Shown here piece after piece: positions 7,590 through 15,843 of a stretch of DNA of 64,000 nt (position 1 is its first letter; every line of letters starts with the position of its first letter). The notes under the pieces were generated by a model. It was not told the DNA's origin. It was given only the letters and a program-made list of their open reading frames with translations, and did no database searches. Both the position numbers and the translations under genes were made by a program. The DNA comes from an uncultured Candidatus Saccharibacteria bacterium (GTDB taxonomy: Bacteria; Patescibacteriota; Saccharimonadia; Saccharimonadales; CAIOMD01), in contig CAZMHM010000005.1 of the NCBI GenBank assembly GCA_964566135.1, positions 7,995 to 71,994 of the forward strand, read 5' to 3'.

Positions 7590-10151
7590 TTATAATCGAG
7601 GTGGCATATTAAAGTATGCGTCTGGCTTCGAGCTACTGTCGTCAGGTAAGTTTAACGGCATAAAATTAAGATATGCAGGATAATTGACTACTTCGGCTGG
7701 GTTTGTATTGTCAGTTGCAGGGGCACCAAAACCAGCATAGCTAGTACTTGTATTAGCAAGCAAACGCGTACCTGTTGAACGCATAAAGTGAACATTGCTT
7801 GCATATAACGCCCCGTTGATTATGAGCGTCGATCTACAGCCAGCGGGGCTATCTGATGGTAGGTTATCCCAGTTAGCACGCGCTGGTGATGCGCCATTAC
7901 CACACGTATAAATATCACCGCTTGCAAATAAGACTGCATCAATTCGTTTTACATTAGGGCTAATGTAAATATTTTGCGCCTTTATCAATAGCACTGGAGC
8001 CGTTCCCATAGTCGCAGGCGTAAATGCGTTAGTAGGTATCGCATTGTTGATAATATCACCAGATATTGTCACGCTTCCGCTATCTTTAATGGTAACTTGG
8101 CCACCTAATGTACCCGATATCGAAGCGTTAGTAGTCTTATAATAGCGCTTTCCGGAGGCACTTAGATCTACGCCCGATGTCAGAGCACTTGAGTCGGCGG
8201 GGAATGTAATTGTCTGACTATTGCAAGCACCTGCTACTAATGATGACCAAGTGCTCCTAATCTTATCTCGACTACCGCTCGGATCCTCTGTGTGTAATCC
8301 CGCAAACGTATTACTGCCCAAAGAATTAAAAATTGTCGCAAGACTAGAGAAGGAACCTTTTTTACCGTTGGCAGTATCAAACATAAATTGGCTTGTATCA
8401 CCACTACCGCATACAGAAATATCCTGGCCAAAGAACCGAACAAACGGAACTTCATATACATTTACTGCTACTGGAGCAGCCGGAGTTACCCCTGATGGGC
8501 TAGATGCACTCGCGGTGTAGTTGTAGTTGCCTGGTGCCTTACCATCAAGAGCATTGCCCGTGTTCGCATTTACGGGATGGGTAAATGTTCCACCCGATAC
8601 GCAGGAATCGGTCCATGAGCCATTTGTAAGACCCGAACCATTAGATGTTGACCATACTACAGAACCCGCATAGGTGTTACAATTTAACGTCGCAGTAATA
8701 TTTGCCGCACCTCCCGCACCCTTCTCATATGTAGTGCCGGTAAGCGTTATGCTCGGTGGCACTGGTGGTGGTGTTATTGTTGTACAGTCCTCAGATGGAG
8801 GGTTTAACGTAACGAAGTTTGGGGTTGGGCTAGCACTTAGCAATGTAAGTTTGTAGCATACTGAGGTATCACCTACGGCTGGAGTGTAGGTCTCGCCCGC
8901 CAATGCATAGGTGCCATTGGCATTCACACCATTAAGTGTACTGCTCGAAATATCAGCGTACGCGCCATTGTTAACTTTTCTGGAAACTTTATACGAAACA
9001 GCAAAAGGTGTTGATTGGTAGTTTGTTATAGTGACGCTTTTAGTAAAATTAATCGGATTTGTGCCAACGCTCGTCGCACTTGCAGCAGTAACTTTGGGGG
9101 TTGCAGTGGCGGTAGGATACTGGCAGCCAATGCTGTCAAACGGCATTGAGAATTTAACAGTGTTGTTATCAAATACATTTATATGCTCCCAACGATAATT
9201 GACGCCGCCTGTCATCTTATAAGAGACGATCGATGTTATTCCTGACGCATTCGCTGGATAAAAATCTGTGCCGTTTTTCTCTGTGCCCTTTGACGAAGCC
9301 ACTATCGGAACTAGCTTACCAGTGCTTAAATTCATAAGTCTGACATACCAGGGATTGGGCTGAACATTAACATTGCCATTATCTGGGTCGGATATATAGA
9401 AAGACCTTGTCACAGTCGTACCGTCTGGAACGCTACAATCAGGGCTTATAGGAAATGTAATGTTACCGTAGTCAGTAAATCTACCCTGTGCATCAACCGC
9501 ATATATGTATTTAGACCAGTTTGCCCCGTCACTTTTGTATCCACGGTAGCTTACTAGCGCACTGGGGTTGTTTACAACTACCCTAAATACATTCACATAC
9601 TCAAACCCAACATTTGCACTAGGTCGACCCGAAGCAGTGAAGCCCATCTTCCAGCTATTAGTAGTGTTGTCGAATGGTATGGCTGCCGCCTGTGCCGCAG
9701 TAAGGCTGATTGTTTTCGTGCAAGTTGGGCTTGGCGGATTTGCCGTGGACATATTAACCAATCCTGTGACTTTTTTACTTGAGCTGCCCCAAGTTGCAGT
9801 ATAGTACGTTACTTCCTTCTTGTTGTCTGCGGCAGTAATAGAACTAAAACCTGCGTCGAGAGTATACGGATTTGAAGTAAAGCCCTTTGCATTTGTCTTA
9901 CACATATCTGCATCAATCACATCAATCGTGAATGCTGTCGATGGTTTTGTCTTAAAATATATATCCAGTGTCGATGTTGGGGCCGTAACATCAGTAGAAT
10001 AAGCAGTGACTAGGTAGACACCATTATTAAATGTTTCTTCAGTCTTTGAGTGAGCTTGATTAGAAATTGCTGCATATACAGCAATTTGGTTTCCAAAAAC
10101 TGCAGCAATAAACACAAAAGCTGCTACGAGGCGCGCTAATCTTTTAATCAT
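7590..10151 (-). CDS. Large secreted protein of unknown function (candidate pilus-associated or adhesin protein)
   Basis: 853 aa with signal peptide MIKRLARLVAAFVFIAAVFGNQIAVYA|A. It is Thr/Ser/Asn/Gly-rich with many Cys and has no C-terminal anchor. It is translationally coupled to the upstream gene and lies immediately before pilM. Confidence 0.6.
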   Translation of the reverse strand: MIKRLARLVAAFVFIAAVFGNQIAVYAAISNQAHSKTEETFNNGVYLVTAYSTDVTAPTSTLDIYFKTKPSTAFTIDVIDADMCKTNAKGFTSNPYTLDAGFSSITAADNKKEVTYYTATWGSSSKKVTGLVNMSTANPPSPTCTKTISLTAAQAAAIPFDNTTNSWKMGFTASGRPSANVGFEYVNVFRVVVNNPSALVSYRGYKSDGANWSKYIYAVDAQGRFTDYGNITFPISPDCSVPDGTTVTRSFYISDPDNGNVNVQPNPWYVRLMNLSTGKLVPIVASSKGTEKNGTDFYPANASGITSIVSYKMTGGVNYRWEHINVFDNNTVKFSMPFDSIGCQYPTATATPKVTAASATSVGTNPINFTKSVTITNYQSTPFAVSYKVSRKVNNGAYADISSSTLNGVNANGTYALAGETYTPAVGDTSVCYKLTLLSASPTPNFVTLNPPSEDCTTITPPPVPPSITLTGTTYEKGAGGAANITATLNCNTYAGSVVWSTSNGSGLTNGSWTDSCVSGGTFTHPVNANTGNALDGKAPGNYNYTASASSPSGVTPAAPVAVNVYEVPFVRFFGQDISVCGSGDTSQFMFDTANGKKGSFSSLATIFNSLGSNTFAGLHTEDPSGSRDKIRSTWSSLVAGACNSQTITFPADSSALTSGVDLSASGKRYYKTTNASISGTLGGQVTIKDSGSVTISGDIINNAIPTNAFTPATMGTAPVLLIKAQNIYISPNVKRIDAVLFASGDIYTCGNGASPARANWDNLPSDSPAGCRSTLIINGALYASNVHFMRSTGTRLLANTSTSYAGFGAPATDNTNPAEVVNYPAYLNFMPLNLPDDSSSKPDAYFNMPPRL

Positions 10152-10822
10152 TTACTTAATTCCTTGATTTGGTCATCATAATACGCGATTCCGCCACTAA
10201 CTACAGAAGCCTCTAATCCCGTCCGAGCACTCAAAGCTGTCTTTGCTTTTTGAAAATACTGAACAGCAACTGATTTATTACCTGCAAGCTTGGCAGTAAT
10301 GCCAACTCTTTCATAGAAAACATAGGTTTTTGTACCTTGCATGCTATCAGCAACAAGGTAGACTTCAAGTGACTTTCCATACTCGCCAGCATCATAATAA
10401 AGCGAAGCTTTTGTGGTCGCATCATCTACACTTGAAAATTTCACATCAGACTGCGTGACATCAGTTGCGCTAGAACCGCTCTTAAGCACTGTTGTTGCAT
10501 CCTTTTTTGCAACAATTTGGTCTCCCTTAGTAGAGTTTTTGCCCGTTACGGCGTCGATATATTGCGTGCTTGAAGTATCAACTGTCGGCACGACAGCATC
10601 TTTATTAGAGAACAATACCAGCAATCCAGTTGTAGCCGTTGCAGCAATAAATACAAAACAGATTATCAAAAATACTACCCATCTCTTTTTTGTCCAATCG
10701 CGCCAAAAGACAAGCTTATTGTTGCTGACCTTGCCCACGACAACAGATGACGATGCGGTGCTGTCGACTTTTTGTTCGGTGCCTGTAGTGGTATCTACGT
10801 TTTTATCGTCTTCTTTTGTCAT
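10148..10822 (-). CDS. Single-pass membrane protein with a TPR-like C-terminal region
   Basis: 224 aa with TM helix WVVFLIICFVFIAATATTGLLVLF and a Ser/Thr-rich linker. The C-terminus (ASLYYDAGEYGKSLEVYLVA...AVQYFQKAKTAL) looks like TPR helices. There is a 4-nt overlap with the 853-aa gene. Confidence 0.5.
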   Translation of the reverse strand: MTKEDDKNVDTTTGTEQKVDSTASSSVVVGKVSNNKLVFWRDWTKKRWVVFLIICFVFIAATATTGLLVLFSNKDAVVPTVDTSSTQYIDAVTGKNSTKGDQIVAKKDATTVLKSGSSATDVTQSDVKFSSVDDATTKASLYYDAGEYGKSLEVYLVADSMQGTKTYVFYERVGITAKLAGNKSVAVQYFQKAKTALSARTGLEASVVSGGIAYYDDQIKELSK

Positions 10823-10922
10823 ATAAACATAACTTTACGCTTTCGTTAATTTAACCATGTACCGCGACTAAACACAACGCTTATGCATGTCGGCGGCTTC
10901 CCTGTTATAATATGAACCAATT

Positions 10923-12005
10923 ATGAGTTTATCTATCGGAATTGTTGGCTTGCCCAACGTTGGCAAGTCCACCCTGTTTAATGCGTTAACGAACAATAAT
11001 ATTTTGGCCGCGAACTATCCGTTCGCAACAATCGAGCCAAATACAGGCATCGTGCCCGTACCAGACCCACGGCTCGAAAAGCTTGCTGCAGTTTTTGGTA
11101 GCAAAAAAATCTTACCCGCAACAGTAGAATTTACTGATATTGCAGGCCTCGTTGCAGGTGCCAGCGAGGGTGAAGGTTTGGGTAATAAGTTCTTGAGCCA
11201 TATTCGTGAATGCGCGGCTATCGTGCAAGTAGTGCGTGATTTTACCGACCCAAATGTTATCCATGTCGATAACGAGCTTCACCCCGATAATGATATCGAT
11301 GTTATTAACACCGAGCTCGTTCTGGCAGATTTACAGACTATTGATAAGGTACTGCCACGCGTCCAAAAAGAGGCCCGTGCCGATACTAAAAAGAAACCAT
11401 TTGCCGATGCTCTAGCAACTGCGCATGCGCTACTCGATGCGGGCACTCCTATATATAATGACGAAAAACTCCGTACTACGATTGCCGAATATAAAGAGCT
11501 ACAGCTCTTAACTGCAAAACCGATAATTTATTTGTTCAATGTTGATGAAGCGGCCTTAACAGATACAGCAAAGCAAGCCGAGCTTGCAAAACTTGTAGCA
11601 CCAAGTCGGGCCTTATTTGTTAATGCAAAATTAGAAGATGAATTACGAAGTCTAGACGAAGCCGATCGAACCGAGATGCTTCAAGAATACGGCATTACCG
11701 AATCTGGCTTAATTCAGCTCATCCACGCTGCCTACGAAACACTTGGCTTACAAAGTTACCTAACCGCAGGCGAACAAGAAGTTCGCGCCTGGACTATCCC
11801 TACTGGCGCAACTGCCCCACAAGCTGCAGGTGTCATTCATGGCGATTTTGAGCGCGGTTTTATTGCTGCTGACATTGTTGATTATGATGATTTGATTGCG
11901 GCTGGTTCACGCTCAGCTGCTCGGACTGCCGGAAAAATGCGTACCGAAGGCAAAACCTACGTTATGCGGCCTGGTGATGTGGTTGAATTTAAGTTCAACG
12001 TTTAG
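10923..12005 (+). CDS. ychF: Ribosome-binding ATPase YchF (Obg-family GTPase fold)
   Basis: MSLSIGIVGLPNVGKSTLFNALT (G1), DIAGLVAGASEGEGLGN (G3) and a C-terminal TGS-like YVMRPGDVVEFKFNV. Length is 360 aa. Confidence 0.93.
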   Translation: MSLSIGIVGLPNVGKSTLFNALTNNNILAANYPFATIEPNTGIVPVPDPRLEKLAAVFGSKKILPATVEFTDIAGLVAGASEGEGLGNKFLSHIRECAAIVQVVRDFTDPNVIHVDNELHPDNDIDVINTELVLADLQTIDKVLPRVQKEARADTKKKPFADALATAHALLDAGTPIYNDEKLRTTIAEYKELQLLTAKPIIYLFNVDEAALTDTAKQAELAKLVAPSRALFVNAKLEDELRSLDEADRTEMLQEYGITESGLIQLIHAAYETLGLQSYLTAGEQEVRAWTIPTGATAPQAAGVIHGDFERGFIAADIVDYDDLIAAGSRSAARTAGKMRTEGKTYVMRPGDVVEFKFNV

Positions 12006-12074
12006 TTTTACGAGTATCTATCCACAACGTATTTGTAATGAAAGGATAGCCATAAAACTTGTTGAGGCGCCGAG

Positions 12075-12109
12075 GGCGCTCTATCTGCATGGCTTGCAGA
12101 AAGAGCGCC
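12075..12109 (-). terminator. GC-rich hairpin downstream of the first island gene
   Basis: GGCGCTCT (12075..12082) pairs with AGAGCGCC (12102..12109), with an inner CTGCA/TGCAG stem. On the minus strand it is followed after about 15 nt by GTTTTAT, a weak U-tract. Confidence 0.4.
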
Positions 12110-12124
12110 ACTCGGCTTCCCCAG

Positions 12125-13615
12125 CTACTTGACGATGGCGGTGTACGCCGAGAAGGCCTTCCCCTTGTTGTAGTAGGCCTTGACGGCCGTCACCAACAGG
12201 ATGACCCGGTGCTTGCGGTCTGCCTTGACGAGCTTGTAGCTCGACTTGATGGCGCCCTTGATGAGCACGAGCTTGGTACCCACCTTGCGGTACCACTGGT
12301 ACTTGTAGCTCGTGGGCTTGGGCGACCACACGCCGACCGACTTCACCTTGAGGGTGTAGCCGACCTTGGCCTTACCGACGATGGTCGGCTTGACCTTGGC
12401 GACCGGCGCCACGCCGAGCCCCACCTTGACGGTGGCAGTCGACTTGATGACCGCCTGCTGGTAGTTGGCGTCGTACAGCTCGACGTCACAGCGGACGTTC
12501 TTGCCGTACATCGCAGAGGTAAGCACAAGGCTGGACCCGACATGCACTGCGACACCGTTGACACGCCAGATGTAGTACAGCTCGACCGGCAGGCTGGCCG
12601 AAGTGGCGGCGGCCGTGACCGTCAGCTTGGAGCCAACAGCCGCCTTGCCGGACAGCTTCGGGAGAACCGTGTAGACCGGCGCCGTGCAGTTCGGGACAGT
12701 GCCACTCGTAGGCCCGCTGTCGGCGGTCTCGTAGAGAACACCATCGAGATACTGCTCGGCCGTGTAGGTCGAACCGGGCACGAGTCCCGTCGGGTTGATC
12801 GGCTCGGAAACGTACTCGCCAGCGGGGATGTTGGCGGGGCCGTAGACCGTGGTGCCGTTGATCTTCAGCTCGTAGGTGTGCCCACTCGGGTCGAGCGTCG
12901 CATCGATGTTCGCACCGATGATGGGCACGTACTGGTCGCAGAAGACGGACGTCACGTATGCCGACGTACACATGACCGACAGCGTCGCCGAGGTGAGCTC
13001 CGAGTCATCGGAAGCATCCCTGACAGACAGACTGAAGGTCGTGTCGCCCGACTGAGGTGTAAACGACCACGGGACGTCCTGGAACGCCTGCGTGAGCGAG
13101 ATCGGGGCGGACTGGGTAGCGATGCTACCCGGGCCGTTGCCCTGCGTGACGTAGTAGACCGACTTCGGGGTGGCGTAGCCGTTGATTCCCCCGAAAGTTC
13201 CGCTGGTACCGCAGGTCTGACCGCTCGGGTTGGCCTTGACCGTGTTGCAGTCGAAGGCGAACCACTGGTCGTAGTAGACCTCGCCGGTGTCAGCGTTCTT
13301 GACGATCCACTCGTAGGCGATGTCGCCCTGGTTGCTAGCGAACTCCCAGCCACCACCGCCCTGACCGCCGGCCGTGAGCACGACCGGATCAGGGAAGTTG
13401 AAGTGGCCACTGGGGTACTGCACCGTCTCGTTGACGATGTTGAGGTCCGTAGCGGTGTTGTTGACGATGGTCTGGACACCCGGACCCATGCCACACGAGA
13501 CCGTGTTGGTCACCGTGACATCACCGGGTGCTGCACTGGCGGGGGCGCTAACCCCCACCATGATGCCGAGCGCGACGGCGGGTGCCGTCAGCCATGCGAT
13601 GATTCGCCGATTCAT
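12125..13615 (-). CDS. Secreted GC-rich protein with two C-terminal Ig-like repeats (the last one very Lys-rich)
   Basis: 496 aa with signal peptide MNRRIIAWLTAPAVALGIMVGVSAPASA|AP and SD GGAGGT 6 nt before the ATG. Third codon positions are G/C-rich. The C-terminal repeats follow the pattern GKAxVGxxLxV...Y.YxW. Confidence 0.8.
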   Translation of the reverse strand: MNRRIIAWLTAPAVALGIMVGVSAPASAAPGDVTVTNTVSCGMGPGVQTIVNNTATDLNIVNETVQYPSGHFNFPDPVVLTAGGQGGGGWEFASNQGDIAYEWIVKNADTGEVYYDQWFAFDCNTVKANPSGQTCGTSGTFGGINGYATPKSVYYVTQGNGPGSIATQSAPISLTQAFQDVPWSFTPQSGDTTFSLSVRDASDDSELTSATLSVMCTSAYVTSVFCDQYVPIIGANIDATLDPSGHTYELKINGTTVYGPANIPAGEYVSEPINPTGLVPGSTYTAEQYLDGVLYETADSGPTSGTVPNCTAPVYTVLPKLSGKAAVGSKLTVTAAATSASLPVELYYIWRVNGVAVHVGSSLVLTSAMYGKNVRCDVELYDANYQQAVIKSTATVKVGLGVAPVAKVKPTIVGKAKVGYTLKVKSVGVWSPKPTSYKYQWYRKVGTKLVLIKGAIKSSYKLVKADRKHRVILLVTAVKAYYNKGKAFSAYTAIVK

Positions 13616-13714
13616 GACGAACCACCTCCAATCAAGTAGTTGGGTGTTAAGGACTTCGGTCTTTTGGGACCAAAGGTTCCGCTCCCTTCGGTCCCCCGAA
13701 GATTGCTGTGCTAA

Positions 13715-13743
13715 TTTATATCATATTTAAGGTGTTTTGTAAA
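13715..13743 (-). promoter_or_regulatory. Candidate promoter for the 12125..13615 gene
   Basis: Minus strand reads TTTACA (13743..13738), 17 nt, then TGATATAAA (13723..13715), in an AT-rich patch between the two GC-rich genes. Confidence 0.45.
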
Positions 13744-13758
13744 TTATGAGCAGGCATG

Positions 13759-13781
13759 AAAAAAACCTACCAAACGGTAGG
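13759..13781 (-). terminator. Rho-independent terminator of the LPXTG gene
   Basis: The minus-strand RNA reads CCUACC-GUUU-GGUAGG followed by seven U (plus-strand A-run 13759..13765). Confidence 0.75.
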
Positions 13782-13792
13782 CGGATGTGCCC

Positions 13793-13826
13793 GGGTGGGC
13801 GCGTAGTATGTACTACGCGCCCACCC
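13793..13826 (-). repeat. Perfect 16-bp inverted repeat (long GC hairpin) just after the LPXTG gene stop
   Basis: GGGTGGGCGCGTAGTA (13793..13808), then tg, then TACTACGCGCCCACCC (13811..13826). The arms are exact reverse complements. Confidence 0.85.
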
Positions 13827-13839
13827 AGAGCGATGTCGG

Positions 13840-15093
13840 TTACGGGGCCGCGGGGGCCTCGGTACGACGACGCGAGATCAGCATCAGCAGAGTGCCGACA
13901 GCCAGCAGACCAGCGGCGATGGCGAGCTCCTGGGAGCTCACCGCCCCAGTCTGAGGCAGCGTCGACGGCGGGGTCTTGGTCGGCGTCTGCGGCACGGTGC
14001 AGTTGGCGGTGATGGTCTTCTGGGCCAGTTCTTCACCGTTGTACTTCACCGTGATGGTGACCTTCTGACCCACCTTCAGCGGAACCGGAACCGTGATGCT
14101 CTTGCCGAGCGCCACAGTGACGGTCTTCTTGAACCCGATGGACGACGTCACCACGACGGTGACGTTGGTGTCCTCCTGGACGGTCTTCGACGGCAGGTTC
14201 GCGACCGACGTCGTGTTGACGATGGTCGCATAGGCCAGCGGCCCATCCCCGTCCGTGCAGACCGCCTTGCTGATGGCGGCCGTAGCGGTCGGAGGAAGAA
14301 CCTCCGGCCCACACTTCTCGGACGAGAACGTGTCCGTGAGCTCGAGCTGCACCTCACCCTCGAAGAACGCCGTCACCGTGACGGAGACGTTGCCTTCAAA
14401 CGGCAGGATGACCTCCTCGACCTTGCCCGCCTCGACGGACTTCTCGATCTGCTGGCCATCACTGGCCTTCAGGCGATAGAGCACCGTCGCGTTGTGCTGA
14501 GGAGTTGCCTCGCTCATGCTGTTGTCGAGCTGTCCAACGATCGAAGCACCACCCGCCTCACAGATCGAGGTGAGCTGCGCCTTGGGCGAGACCACCGGCT
14601 GCTTGATGCAGCTGGCGGGCGCGTCTTGCGCATAGGTGTTCGGACCCTTGCTCAAATTGCTGACGAACTTGGGCTCGTAGGGCTTGCCCGGCGCCGTCAG
14701 GGTCTTGCTCGGCTGCGGCTCTTCGCCGTAGCCCGCGTAGGCATCGCGCTGGCCGCAGCCAGCGGGTGCAGACACCGTCACGGAGTCACCGGGGTTCTGA
14801 AGCGAACCACGGTTCACACCGCTGAGCGTCTGCGGCCACATCCCCGCGTCGGGGTTGTCGAAGCTGTAGAGCGCGACACCGATGTAGAACTTCTTGCAGA
14901 GCGGCTTCTCGCCGCCGAGGGTGACCTTGACCGTGCCAGTGGTGCCATCCCAGGTGTGGGACAGAACCGCCTTGCTGGCGTCGACGCAGTCGTACTCGCT
15001 TGCGGATGCCGAAGGCACCACCACGAACAGGCTCGCGACGCAGGCAACGACAAGCGCGCCCAGCATCGCAATGAGCCGTTTGATGCGGTCCAT
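13840..15093 (-). CDS. LPXTG cell-wall-anchored surface protein (GC-rich)
   Basis: 417 aa with signal peptide ...LFVVVPSASA|SE. The C-terminus LPQTG + AVSSQELAIAAGLLAVGTLLMLI + SRRR is a canonical sortase sorting signal. Codon usage is G/C-ending. Confidence 0.85.
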   Translation of the reverse strand: MDRIKRLIAMLGALVVACVASLFVVVPSASASEYDCVDASKAVLSHTWDGTTGTVKVTLGGEKPLCKKFYIGVALYSFDNPDAGMWPQTLSGVNRGSLQNPGDSVTVSAPAGCGQRDAYAGYGEEPQPSKTLTAPGKPYEPKFVSNLSKGPNTYAQDAPASCIKQPVVSPKAQLTSICEAGGASIVGQLDNSMSEATPQHNATVLYRLKASDGQQIEKSVEAGKVEEVILPFEGNVSVTVTAFFEGEVQLELTDTFSSEKCGPEVLPPTATAAISKAVCTDGDGPLAYATIVNTTSVANLPSKTVQEDTNVTVVVTSSIGFKKTVTVALGKSITVPVPLKVGQKVTITVKYNGEELAQKTITANCTVPQTPTKTPPSTLPQTGAVSSQELAIAAGLLAVGTLLMLISRRRTEAPAAP

Positions 15094-15206
15094 AGCTGAT
15101 AATCCAATCTCGCGAATTGTGAATGTCGGTGTTACCCGACTTCGGGGATTATCCCCGGTGCTCCCTCATCACCCTCACACAGTGACGAGTGACAAAAGCA
15201 ATACAT

Positions 15207-15236
15207 ATTATAGCATAAATTATACTAATTTGTCAA
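15207..15236 (-). promoter_or_regulatory. Candidate promoter for the LPXTG gene
   Basis: Minus strand reads TTGACA (15236..15231), 18 nt, then TGCTATAAT (15215..15207). It begins 4 nt after the stop of the upstream native gene and leaves a leader of about 105 nt. Confidence 0.5.
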
Positions 15237-15239
15237 TTA

Positions 15240-15794
15240 CTAACCCCTAAAGAATTCTATAATTCGAGCACCAAAGCGTCTCGTGTTTGTGGTATTCTTT
15301 TTTTCGTAAAAAGATACCAATCGCTCTTGGAAAATACTAGTATATTCATCAGCACTGATTGGCCGAAGGTCTTCGACATGTCGTTCGAGCATACCAAGTT
15401 TATACGGATCTATAACTGGAATAGCTGGACTAATCACTGGTGCCGGTACGGTATACCGTACAACGGTACGCATCTGCAGATTATCGGTACCAAGTGGCAC
15501 CATTAGCCGCATTTCATCAGATAATGCAGCGCCAAACCGCGCTTTTAGCGGGTTCCATGTATCAGGGATAAATGTATATTGTTCGCCTGCTACCAGGTCT
15601 TCAATGTACACTTTGGCACAATTGCCTGCTGGGGTCGCTACAATAGCATGCGGCAAGCCAAGTTGATGAGGATTTGGTGGCTGAATTAAGTCCTGTTGTT
15701 TTGCGCGACGCACTGCATCGCCAATACCAATCACAATATTCATAACCGCATCATGATTTTTAGCTTCTACGAGTGGTAGCTGATCGATAGACAT
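15240..15794 (-). CDS. Hypothetical protein
   Basis: 184-aa ORF with native AT-leaning composition. I recognised no motif. Confidence 0.5.
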   Translation of the reverse strand: MSIDQLPLVEAKNHDAVMNIVIGIGDAVRRAKQQDLIQPPNPHQLGLPHAIVATPAGNCAKVYIEDLVAGEQYTFIPDTWNPLKARFGAALSDEMRLMVPLGTDNLQMRTVVRYTVPAPVISPAIPVIDPYKLGMLERHVEDLRPISADEYTSIFQERLVSFYEKKNTTNTRRFGARIIEFFRG

Positions 15795-15843
15795 AGTACG
15801 TACTATCTAATGTACTACTAGAACATAAAATGTAAATGCGTAT

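Larger units (their letters stand above)
12006..15239. other. High-G+C genomic island carrying two surface-protein cassettes
   Basis: Hand counts of 60-nt lines give 37/60 and 36/60 G+C inside (lines 12301 and 13141), against 19/60 and 31/60 in flanking genes (lines 15301 and 11401). Codons end in G/C and long antisense shadow ORFs are present. Confidence 0.75.

Noticed and set aside
12059-13639. 526-aa plus-strand ORF, together with other long ORFs in the island (12343..12564, 12486..12971, 12952..13494, 14033..14314, 14494..15099 and others).
   Set aside because: These are Arg/Gly/Asp/Val-rich products with no start signals. They are the usual stop-poor shadow frames of high-GC DNA. The minus-strand frames with signal peptides, an SD and an LPXTG signal are the real genes.
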